Virus record (IMG/VR): IMGVR_UViG_3300021962_000060
Location: 26,922-90,921 of that record
Origin: a virus
Strand: one strand, 5' to 3'
DNA: 64,000 nucleotides
Part shown: positions 8,464 through 16,937 of the stretch, one piece after another
Layout of the letters: each line of letters starts with the position of its first letter
Numbering within the stretch: position 1 is the stretch's first letter
Notes under the pieces: generated by a model
The model's database searches: none
What the model was told of the DNA's origin: nothing
What the model saw: only the letters and a program-made list of their open reading frames with translations
Position numbers and translations under genes: made by a program

Positions 8464-9216
8464 TCAACTCCATTGAAAAGCAATCGGTATACCGGATTCC
8501 GAGGATTCCTTTTCAAGTTTCTCTTTTTCATACCCATGAATTTTAGTAAACTCAACTCTATAGTTGAACCAGCCAATAACGCCATTCCAAAACTTATCTT
8601 CTGTTGTATCGCGAAGTTTAATCAATTCCTCGTCTGTTAATAAAAAGCTTAAAACACCAAGAGGCATGTAAACTGTCAAATCATAGTTAACATCTTTATC
8701 AGCAGAATACTTTTTTAGAAGCATCTGATAGTCTTCAACTATCCTTTTAACAGCAGGGCCGGCATAGTGATCAATTGCATCATTTTCATTTCTTATTCTT
8801 GGACAAAAATCATCAACACTTGTTATGGTTCCAAAAGATCTACAAACAAGCGGTCTATAACCATATATACTGCATCCACCTTTATAGAAGGCACAATGAC
8901 GTTCAGTTTCTCCACCAGGCTTCCAGTCATCATCATGCATTGCATCAATTAAATCCTGAATGACACCGCCAATCCACTCATTAGCAAAGTCTTCACCTTT
9001 GCTTTCCATGAGGCGATAGCATTCCTGCTTCAAACTAAAAGCAATATTCGCACATTCCATCATGGGAATGGTCAAACCAATTTTACAACAATTACCAGAG
9101 CCAAGACACTTGTATTTTGTTTGATTTTGTTTGGCTTCTAAAACACGAACTTGATTGTAAATCATATCAAGATGTGCAAAAGTAGTAATATCTTTAATAT
9201 CGACACTTCTTCTCAT
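8464..9216 (-). CDS. YkgJ/FliB-like cysteine-cluster (Fe-S or Zn) protein
   Basis: YKCLGSGNCC...CAFY...CSIYGYRPLVCRSF. Confidence 0.75.
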   Translation of the reverse strand: MRRSVDIKDITTFAHLDMIYNQVRVLEAKQNQTKYKCLGSGNCCKIGLTIPMMECANIAFSLKQECYRLMESKGEDFANEWIGGVIQDLIDAMHDDDWKPGGETERHCAFYKGGCSIYGYRPLVCRSFGTITSVDDFCPRIRNENDAIDHYAGPAVKRIVEDYQMLLKKYSADKDVNYDLTVYMPLGVLSFLLTDEELIKLRDTTEDKFWNGVIGWFNYRVEFTKIHGYEKEKLEKESSESGIPIAFQWS

Positions 9217-9512
9217 CTAAGTTTCTTACCCTTTTTTTTCAAAGCATTTGCTTTACGCATTTCTCGTCTTTTTCTTTCGACCATCTCTTGCATTGGCGAT
9301 TTAGGTCTCCTGAGAGTTGTACTCTTCAGATTACGACCTTTTCCTCTATACTTTAAAAGATCATACTTTTTAACCCAGTTGTACAAAGCCTGAGGTGTGA
9401 CTTTAATGTTATAGGTCTTTTCAAGATGCTTACAGATATCAGTCAAATTCATACGGCGTTTAACATACATCTCGTAAAGAAACTGCTTATCTTTATATGG
9501 TTCTAAAGCCAT
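9213..9512 (-). CDS. HTH DNA-binding protein
   Basis: LTDICKHL...VTPQALYNWVKKY; basic tail. Confidence 0.65.
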   Translation of the reverse strand: MALEPYKDKQFLYEMYVKRRMNLTDICKHLEKTYNIKVTPQALYNWVKKYDLLKYRGKGRNLKSTTLRRPKSPMQEMVERKRREMRKANALKKKGKKLR

Positions 9513-10083
9513 GAGTAATACCATACCACATCCCGATGCCTATTGCGTCGGTAATATCACTATCAAGCCCTTCAGAAACAAAATTTTCTATTTTTTGATC
9601 CAAAATATCCTTGACGCGCTGTTTTCTTTCATTACTTAGTCTTTGCTGAATTCCCTTTTTACCGAATTCTTTTTCTATCGATGCAGCCTCTTTTTTAGAA
9701 ACATTCTTATACCCAATTCCAGATTTCCAAGTTAAAGGATTTACATCAGTTACATTCTTACAATAATCATCAAGAATGCCCCATGTAAAACCAATAATAT
9801 ATGAAATAATACGACTTGATTGAAAGTTCTGAATAAATACAGATTGCTCAATCACGCAAGCATCGGGCTTGTAGTTACCACATATTGCCGGCAATTCATT
9901 CTTTATTATTGTAAATTTACGACTCATTTCAGGAGTTGATGCAAGATGTATCTTGCCATAATCTACAACAGTGATATTGTTTTCACTTATATCAAGGACA
10001 GACCAAGCGAGCGAATGAGATGCAGGATCTATGGAAAGAACACGACAGTTTTTTACTTTAGAAACAAGAGAAGATATACTCAT
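9493..10083 (-). CDS. RuvC-like Holliday junction resolvase
   Basis: VLSIDP, CVIE, P..WK, DITDAIGIG. Confidence 0.8.
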   Translation of the reverse strand: MSISSLVSKVKNCRVLSIDPASHSLAWSVLDISENNITVVDYGKIHLASTPEMSRKFTIIKNELPAICGNYKPDACVIEQSVFIQNFQSSRIISYIIGFTWGILDDYCKNVTDVNPLTWKSGIGYKNVSKKEAASIEKEFGKKGIQQRLSNERKQRVKDILDQKIENFVSEGLDSDITDAIGIGMWYGITHGFRTI

Positions 10084-10406
10084 TGATCTTCACTCCTTAG
10101 TTTGGCTTCATCCCAACCCCAAGAAACAAGTCTTTGAATAAATCTCTCTTTTTTGCACCTTTCGCAAATCTTTTCTTTATTATATCTAGATAGTACTGTT
10201 GAACAATTCGGCGTAGAACAAACTCTTTTCTTTTTTCTATTACTTTTTGTTGTATAGTATTTTTCTAAAAGTTTTTTATTTGTAACTATTTTTCTACACT
10301 CGGCTGAGCAATATATACCGTTATAAGTTTTTGGTATAAAGCTTACTGAACAATCAGTATTTGCACAAAACCTTTCTTTAAAAAGGTTCAAGTCCTTTTT
10401 CGTCAT
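10080..10406 (-). CDS. Zinc-finger protein with two Cys clusters
   Basis: CANTDC...YCSAEC and CSTPNC...CERC. Confidence 0.7.
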   Translation of the reverse strand: MTKKDLNLFKERFCANTDCSVSFIPKTYNGIYCSAECRKIVTNKKLLEKYYTTKSNRKKKRVCSTPNCSTVLSRYNKEKICERCKKERFIQRLVSWGWDEAKLRSEDQ

Positions 10407-11136
10407 TTGTATCCGACCAGCATTGAGAATACAAATCGCAACCCGAACAATTCTTAGAAGTTTTCTTATAAGGCTGGTCGGGTATTGTACCCTCTGTGAA
10501 GTTTTTATAAAACTTCCTATATTTAGTAAACAATTTATCTATAAAATCATCATCTTTATCTATAAGAATCGGAAGAATCTGCTGATTGTTCTTATTTTCA
10601 TAAATAACAAAAGCCTGATCAAGTTCTAGACAGCGCATATAGATTTGAGCCTGTCTATAGTGATCATCTTTAGGCTTATTATAGATTCTACGATACTCAA
10701 AACCCTCATTAGAAATTGACTTTAGTTCAATAAGTTTATGGCCATAAAAATCAATAATACCATCAGCAGTACCTTCAATCGGCGGATCAGAATAAGTAAC
10801 AGGGATTTCTTCTGCTACGAGTATGCCCATATTTTTCAGATAACTATATATTCTTTCATGCACAGCATGACCATTATCAAAAATACGATATGTCTGAGGA
10901 CTAAAAGAGGATTCAACATCAACCCCATTAAAAAGATAGTACCAGTATCTAGCACATTGATTTGTGTAACTAGGATGGAAACCACCAACCTTTTTGGTCT
11001 GGACAGCATTTCTAGACACAAAAGACTGATCAATTTTTTGGATCAACTCTAGTTCTAGGTCGGCTGAGCTTTTCTTAATTTCATCAGTCTTAGTATTCTC
11101 AGTCTTAGGAGATTTAAGAGCCTGTAGCGACTTCAT
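10378..11136 (-). CDS. Cas4-like PD-(D/E)XK exonuclease
   Basis: HPSY..QC, GTADG, IELKS, QAQIY, C-terminal CSGC....QC. Confidence 0.8.
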   Translation of the reverse strand: MKSLQALKSPKTENTKTDEIKKSSADLELELIQKIDQSFVSRNAVQTKKVGGFHPSYTNQCARYWYYLFNGVDVESSFSPQTYRIFDNGHAVHERIYSYLKNMGILVAEEIPVTYSDPPIEGTADGIIDFYGHKLIELKSISNEGFEYRRIYNKPKDDHYRQAQIYMRCLELDQAFVIYENKNNQQILPILIDKDDDFIDKLFTKYRKFYKNFTEGTIPDQPYKKTSKNCSGCDLYSQCWSDTNDEKGLEPF

Positions 11137-11453
11137 CAGTTATTACCCTTTCCAATAATTTTTAACACATTAATATTTTCAACAAGAGCTTCGTACATAG
11201 TTCTCCAAACATCATTTACAAACTTATCCTGCTCAGTCATCATGCTAGACTTGCGCTTATAGGCCTGAGATTTAACAATCATCATCGTTCTATAACCAGC
11301 AAGAACATTTGCATACTTCAGAGCCTGAGCGCCAACATAAAAATCAGGATTATCTATAATATCCTGAACAATACGCATGCATTCAAGAAACTCTTCAGCC
11401 TTATCGCCCATCTGCTCAGAAAGCCAATCAGGGTCTACAATAATATCTGCCAT
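11136..11453 (-). CDS. Hypothetical protein
   Basis: Track ORF, AAGGA RBS, TGG-TATGAT promoter-like box upstream. Confidence 0.75.
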   Translation of the reverse strand: MADIIVDPDWLSEQMGDKAEEFLECMRIVQDIIDNPDFYVGAQALKYANVLAGYRTMMIVKSQAYKRKSSMMTEQDKFVNDVWRTMYEALVENINVLKIIGKGNN

Positions 11454-11482
11454 ATTTATCCTTTATATCATACCATAGTGAA

Positions 11483-12922
11483 TTACAAATATTCTGTCAT
11501 AACAGAAGCAATCCAAGAAACAACCGGAACAGCAACAGCATTTCCAATCATCTTGTATCGATTAGTGTTAGACACTTCTTTACCATCAGCACCATATCTA
11601 GTGTGATCATCATCAAAACCCATCAGACGCTCGCACTCAATAGGCGTAAGCCTTCTCAAGACCAAATCAGGTGTACAAACACCATGCTGAGAAACGGTAT
11701 CAAGAGTATAGGACGGGTCATTTGGCTCACCAAAACCCCTACCAGCAGGACCGGCAGAATCAGAACGCCCAATGATAGTACCCTGAATCGGAATAGCAGT
11801 AGGATCGCCAATCATAGGAACATTATTACCACCAGTACCCATCCTAGCTTTCAAAGTTGGCATAATACCATCATCATAAACACGAACATCATTGACTCTA
11901 GTACCATCCAAAATAAGAACAGTAGAACGAGATTCACTGTTATTATCAAAAGCATTCAAAGTGGGACTAACAGACTCATTAGCCCAAACTTCAGGCGGTA
12001 AATTGCCTTCAGCATCACGGGCACCTGACCTAATCACCTTGACAAACGATTCAACATTAGAATGCAAAACAAAGTTTTCATCAGGACGCTTATGACTAGT
12101 AGCCCTAAACGTAGAACCACCTTCCTTGTAATTACCAAAACCAGTCTTCCCATACAAGACAGGCTGGGCCACAGCGTTACCAGTACTCTCACGCCTCATC
12201 GGTGGAAAAGCATCAAAAGAAGGTTGACAATCAATACCATTCTTGTGGTTAAAACCTATTGCTTCTCCGCCAACAAGTCCAGCGCTTTCTTCAGAGCCGG
12301 CGGAAGAGCGTTGCCTCTTCTTTCTGACCTTCTTAAGATTCCCACTGCTGTCTTCGGGGACAGGTAGTATTTGGTTTCCACTTCTTCCAACGATTGCAGG
12401 ATCGAAACAAGCAATGAGGAAGACTCTACGCCTTCTGTGTGGGATTCCAAACCATTGTGCATCCAACACGTGCCATTCAATTGCCAATGCCCCGATGTTT
12501 GCCATTTCGTCAAGGACTGCTGCGAAGTCGTTTCCTTTATTACTTGTGAGGGCACCTGGGACGTTTTCCCAAATAGCGACTCTTGGATATGTATTTCCTG
12601 TTGCATTTCTCATCTCCTTAATAATTCTGGTTGCTTCAAAAAACATAGACGATCTCTCGCCATCTAAACCGGCACGCTTACCAGCAACAGACAAGTCCTG
12701 ACAAGGCGAACCAAAACTAACAACATCAACAGGCTTAATATCAGCACCATTGACACCACAAACATCCAAATACTTATCAGTATCTGGCCAATGATAACTC
12801 AACACATTCTGGCAATGCTTATCCCATTCAATTTGCCAAGAACACTCCCAGCCGGCAGACTCAAAACCACGATCAAAACCGCCGATACCAGCAAACATAC
12901 TACCAAAAGTAATCTTATTCAT
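11483..12922 (-). CDS. C5 cytosine DNA methyltransferase (large subunit)
   Basis: Motifs I FAGIGG, IV GSPCQ, VI WENV, VIII HRRRRVF, RRLTPIECERLMGF, X GNAV. Confidence 0.92.
   Translation of the reverse strand: MNKITFGSMFAGIGGFDRGFESAGWECSWQIEWDKHCQNVLSYHWPDTDKYLDVCGVNGADIKPVDVVSFGSPCQDLSVAGKRAGLDGERSSMFFEATRIIKEMRNATGNTYPRVAIWENVPGALTSNKGNDFAAVLDEMANIGALAIEWHVLDAQWFGIPHRRRRVFLIACFDPAIVGRSGNQILPVPEDSSGNLKKVRKKRQRSSAGSEESAGLVGGEAIGFNHKNGIDCQPSFDAFPPMRRESTGNAVAQPVLYGKTGFGNYKEGGSTFRATSHKRPDENFVLHSNVESFVKVIRSGARDAEGNLPPEVWANESVSPTLNAFDNNSESRSTVLILDGTRVNDVRVYDDGIMPTLKARMGTGGNNVPMIGDPTAIPIQGTIIGRSDSAGPAGRGFGEPNDPSYTLDTVSQHGVCTPDLVLRRLTPIECERLMGFDDDHTRYGADGKEVSNTNRYKMIGNAVAVPVVSWIASVMTEYL
12256..12606 (-). 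CDS. Nested alternative-frame methyltransferase small subunit (M.EcoHK31I beta-like)
   Basis: AAGGAG 8 nt before ATG; SLLVSILQ...KYYLSPKTAVGILRRS...LPPALKKAL. Confidence 0.7.
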   Translation of the reverse strand: MQQEIHIQESLFGKTSQVPSQVIKETTSQQSLTKWQTSGHWQLNGTCWMHNGLESHTEGVESSSLLVSILQSLEEVETKYYLSPKTAVGILRRSERRGNALPPALKKALDLLAEKQ

Positions 12923-13214
12923 AATCACTACCTTTAATCAAATCGTTGAAAACATCCCAATCAATAATTGCTACCTTGGTATCAGAATCCTCACCAAGAA
13001 CAACAGAAATACAAGGATACTTGTAATTAGATCTCCAAGCATCCTTTCTCATCTTGATCCAAGCGTCACGACTTAAAGTAAAAGACGATCCATTATGCTT
13101 ATAATCAAGTAAGAACTTATGGTAAGTAGCGTCACCTTTGTTGACACCCCGACCCGAATTTTTGACAGCCTTTGCCTTATCACGCTTAATTTCTTCTTTC
13201 TCAGTACGCTTCAT
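12915..13214 (-). CDS. Small PD-(D/E)XK nuclease (Hjc-like resolvase)
   Basis: E..., NSGRG..KGD, LDYK pattern. Confidence 0.55.
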   Translation of the reverse strand: MKRTEKEEIKRDKAKAVKNSGRGVNKGDATYHKFLLDYKHNGSSFTLSRDAWIKMRKDAWRSNYKYPCISVVLGEDSDTKVAIIDWDVFNDLIKGSDYE

Positions 13215-13618
13215 TCTACCGGCCAGACATACTCAAGATCAACAGGATCATTGAAGAACTGCGAGTAATACTCAAAATTCTTACGCAACAAATTAGAACG
13301 ATGAGACCTATGAAAATCATAGTTGCCAAACCAAGAAGGCATAACAACATTAGACTCATCAACAACCTCAAAAGACATGGTATTCTTATAACCACGCTTT
13401 ACCCACTCTGCAATCGTCAAATTCTGATATACCTTCATGGCTTCCTCATAACCCCTCCACATACGAGTAACAGGATGATTCCTCCAGCCTTGACTATCAG
13501 TACGACCAAGAAGTACGTTCAAAACTTGAAAAGTCTCAACACGTTGCTTCCCCAGCCGTCTATAATCCAAAACCTCAACAGACTTCTTAAAGTCATCAAA
13601 AGGTAAAAAAGTTTGCAT
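13211..13618 (-). CDS. MSMEG_6728-family pyrimidine-dimer DNA glycosylase-like protein
   Basis: MQTFLP, LDYRRLGKQRVE, HPVTRMW, SHRSNLLRK; GGAGG RBS before ATG 13618. Confidence 0.8.
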   Translation of the reverse strand: MQTFLPFDDFKKSVEVLDYRRLGKQRVETFQVLNVLLGRTDSQGWRNHPVTRMWRGYEEAMKVYQNLTIAEWVKRGYKNTMSFEVVDESNVVMPSWFGNYDFHRSHRSNLLRKNFEYYSQFFNDPVDLEYVWPVE

Positions 13619-13692
13619 ATATCCTCCAATCGGTTTTGCACAGTGTACCACACCAGCAACCAAAATTTCCCAATTGCAGATTTATCACAAAA

Positions 13693-14925
13693 TTATTTAT
13701 CAACAAAAGTTAGCTCTTCGTCCGACAAAGCACGAAACTGACTCTGCGACAACAAAGAAGTATATAGTTTTTCGTCCACAGCCTGGATACGATGATCTGA
13801 ATCAAATGTTATACCAGTATTTGTTGAATAACTCCCATTGCCTGAATAGTATAAATACAGAGATGAATTTTTATACCCTTCAATTTCATTGAACATCTTA
13901 ATACCTACACGGCGTATTAGCGATTTTAACATAAAATCACATCTAGACTTCCAGTTGTATTCTGCATACACAGAATCCGCCTGATTATAAAAATATGAAC
14001 ATTCAGAAGATATATTGTTATACACTTTTTTCATTAGTTCAATCATTGAATCAAAATTAGCTAAAACAACATCTCCTTCAAAATATCCAGTATAAGTAGT
14101 AGGCCCAATTGTTGAATCTATTACATTATCACCAAGATATTTTTCATAAGAACACCATCTACCTGTCGATATTACCGGCATACCTGTAGCAAGAGCCTGA
14201 AGAGGTATGAATCCAAAACCTTCGCCTTCCGATGGATAAACCAAAACATCATGAGAATAAAAAAGATCAATCATTTCTTCATGAGAAAGTGTTTTATAAA
14301 TTTTCCGAATATTAGGAAGAAGAATTGATAAACCTTGATTGGAACTTCCTTCATGAGTGTGATACTTAAGAGTTAGTTCAACATTTGGATTATTTCCAAA
14401 AAGAATAATAAATGCTTGCTCAACCAGATCAGCACGCTTTCTTGGTGAACCGGAGTCAACATGCAAGAATCTAATCTTATCTCCTTGACCACGAAGCTTT
14501 GGTTTCCACATATCATCAATGCCATGTTCAAAAACATAAGTAGGAGTTTTAACTCCTGAATTCAAAACAGCGTCAGCCGCAAATTGGTTGCCAACCCATA
14601 TTTCATCAACACGATTCATTGGCTCAACCCAATGACTCCAAACTTTTGTAGCTTCTAAGTGAGTACCATATATTTTATATTGATGATCATGGAACTTTTT
14701 AAAACCAGGTGCTCTTAAGTCCTGCATGTTTTTTAAGTTATACCACTCTGGTTCCATATAAAACATTTGTATTGGCGACTGGCCACCATTCTGAACAACC
14801 TGCATTGTTTTATTTCTGTAGGTGAATTCAGAAAAATGTTTGCATATACGATTATACCCGTATGCATAACCAAAAATATCAACAGCATCCTTAATATGCT
14901 GATCTGTATGCATTGAAAATATCAT
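13693..14925 (-). CDS. GT4 glycosyltransferase with an extra C-terminal ~55-aa domain
   Basis: DEIWV, PRKR, YPSEGEGFGFIPLQALATGMP; tail aligns to the 54874..55173 product. Confidence 0.9.
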   Translation of the reverse strand: MIFSMHTDQHIKDAVDIFGYAYGYNRICKHFSEFTYRNKTMQVVQNGGQSPIQMFYMEPEWYNLKNMQDLRAPGFKKFHDHQYKIYGTHLEATKVWSHWVEPMNRVDEIWVGNQFAADAVLNSGVKTPTYVFEHGIDDMWKPKLRGQGDKIRFLHVDSGSPRKRADLVEQAFIILFGNNPNVELTLKYHTHEGSSNQGLSILLPNIRKIYKTLSHEEMIDLFYSHDVLVYPSEGEGFGFIPLQALATGMPVISTGRWCSYEKYLGDNVIDSTIGPTTYTGYFEGDVVLANFDSMIELMKKVYNNISSECSYFYNQADSVYAEYNWKSRCDFMLKSLIRRVGIKMFNEIEGYKNSSLYLYYSGNGSYSTNTGITFDSDHRIQAVDEKLYTSLLSQSQFRALSDEELTFVDK

Positions 14926-15842
14926 CAGGAATTCAAAATAATATTATAGATGTCCTGTCTATCAGACTCAGAAAGTTCTATAGAAGACAGACCATTCCAT
15001 TTCTTATCTCCATAAGCATACCAAGCGCCTCTGCGCTCAATTATATTTGACTCAACAGCCATGTCAATTAGTTCTCTATCTTGGTCAATACGACCTTCAT
15101 CAGGTAGAACATAGTAATAACCAGTAGTCCCAATAGTAGGCAACTGCTTAGTCTTCTCAATAGTCCATGTAGCACGCTGACTTAGGATACGGCTTGACTC
15201 ATCGCGCTCCATTTCTTTTTGCGACATGGAAAGAAAAAGCTTTACAATATTATGCATATTATGATGAACAGTATTACCCATCTTAGCTTTTGTAACAGCA
15301 TACATACCGCTCAAGTCAATAGTCTGATGGGCAATAAAAAGCATTATATTCTTTTCTTTATGAAGATGATTTACAAGCTTCTGCAAGAAGTAACCCTGAG
15401 AACGAGCCTGAAGTCCCATAGCTTTACCACCGTCAGGCTTATCATAAAACTCTTCTTTGATAATATTAGAAAGACTATCAAATAAGAAAATATGCTTTTC
15501 ATCAGGATGATTCAAATATGGAACAAGGTTCTTTAAAATCTCTTCAACAATAGTTGACTGAATAACTACAATATCATCAATATCGATACCGCACTTTTCC
15601 GCATAACTATCAGAGTAAGAATACTCTGAATCAATAATTACCGGCCTATACCCCATCTTTTGTGCCTCAGAAATAATCCTAAAGCACATAGTTGTCTTAC
15701 CTACGGACGGAGTACCCCAGAATAAATGAGTAGCACCAGTATTCAGTCCACCACCAAGTGCTTTATTCAAACCCAAACTAGGAGTCGGAATAATATCGTG
15801 AGTGGGCATTTTATCGCCCTTACGCTTATCAACAAATAACAT
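14925..15842 (-). CDS. recA: RecA-like recombinase
   Basis: LNKALGGG, GTPSVGKT, IDSE, FDSL, IERRGAWY. Confidence 0.88.
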   Translation of the reverse strand: MLFVDKRKGDKMPTHDIIPTPSLGLNKALGGGLNTGATHLFWGTPSVGKTTMCFRIISEAQKMGYRPVIIDSEYSYSDSYAEKCGIDIDDIVVIQSTIVEEILKNLVPYLNHPDEKHIFLFDSLSNIIKEEFYDKPDGGKAMGLQARSQGYFLQKLVNHLHKEKNIMLFIAHQTIDLSGMYAVTKAKMGNTVHHNMHNIVKLFLSMSQKEMERDESSRILSQRATWTIEKTKQLPTIGTTGYYYVLPDEGRIDQDRELIDMAVESNIIERRGAWYAYGDKKWNGLSSIELSESDRQDIYNIILNS

Positions 15843-16348
15843 TAGTTAACCTTTCTTAAAACAATCATTGTTCTTAAATTATAAACTGGGAATCCATCAA
15901 CTTCAACATTTGGAAGATTTAAAATAAACTTAGCTTCTCTTACAAAAGAAAAGCTTAAATCCATAATTAAACGATTCAATTGATTAGCCGATGGCCCAAA
16001 CTCGCTAGCACATTCTACTACTAAAACATCAACTTTGCTCAAAAAACGAACTAAATAATCCCATTCATTTTGATTATCTTCAAAATCAAAACCAAGAAGA
16101 GCCATGCCAACACTACCATGAATATATGGATTAGAATCGACCCATTCACTAAAAGTTCCATGAAAAGAATTATTTATTGTTTTCAATGGATCAATTGTAT
16201 AAACAGTAGCATTATGTTTAATAGGCAGCTTTTTTCTAAAAGCACCTACGTCAATAATTGTTTCACAGTCATGCAAATAATGACACGCAATAACTTTTCT
16301 AATTTCAAATTCAGAAGAGACCAGATACTCCCATTTCTTTGTATCCAT
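15842..16348 (-). CDS. Methyltransferase-like Rossmann protein
   Basis: IIDVGA, TIDP, LVVE; GGAGG RBS. Confidence 0.55.
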   Translation of the reverse strand: MDTKKWEYLVSSEFEIRKVIACHYLHDCETIIDVGAFRKKLPIKHNATVYTIDPLKTINNSFHGTFSEWVDSNPYIHGSVGMALLGFDFEDNQNEWDYLVRFLSKVDVLVVECASEFGPSANQLNRLIMDLSFSFVREAKFILNLPNVEVDGFPVYNLRTMIVLRKVN

Positions 16349-16937
16349 TTTCAACCTCCTTTGGCATTATCAAGCCAGTACCACAACCAATATAAAAATT
16401 AATATAATATAAATTATTAGAATCAGCATAATCCTTCATAGCATGAAAAGATCCAATTTCTGGATGATTGCCATTAGAATTATTCCAAGTATCATGAACA
16501 GTTATAGCCCAATCGCCTGACATCTTTGCACCATAATTATTTAAATCATCTAAAACTTGATTGTAAGAATGATCAGCATCTACATGTAGATAATTTATAG
16601 AGTCAAACATTTCAACAGCATCATTTGTAAGTTTTTTAATTACAGTGACTTCAGGATAGTTTTCAATATTATTTGTATATTCAGGCCTACCCCAAGGGCC
16701 CACATCTGCATCGACCAAATAAACTTCTGTATTTTCTATGCAGCCTTCTTTGATAAGAGTCCGCTGTGCTTCTGCCATTAATTTAGGGACAAAGCCTGCG
16801 CCAGAACCAAGACACACACACCTTTGTGATTTCAGCATGTATGGCAATATAAAATAAAGACTTCCAGCCCCAAGATGCAATCCATCAGCACCATGAGAAT
16901 TAGCATATGGGGATGTACTAATTACATTATCAAACAT
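16311..16937 (-). CDS. Class I SAM methyltransferase (Methyltransf_24-like)
   Basis: CLGSGAG, YLHVDADHSY, TVHD. Confidence 0.75.
   Translation of the reverse strand: MFDNVISTSPYANSHGADGLHLGAGSLYFILPYMLKSQRCVCLGSGAGFVPKLMAEAQRTLIKEGCIENTEVYLVDADVGPWGRPEYTNNIENYPEVTVIKKLTNDAVEMFDSINYLHVDADHSYNQVLDDLNNYGAKMSGDWAITVHDTWNNSNGNHPEIGSFHAMKDYADSNNLYYINFYIGCGTGLIMPKEVENGYKEMGVSGLF

Noticed and set aside
13693-15842. FVDK at both the GT C-terminus and the RecA N-terminus
   Set aside because: Only an 11-bp AT-rich match; likely chance
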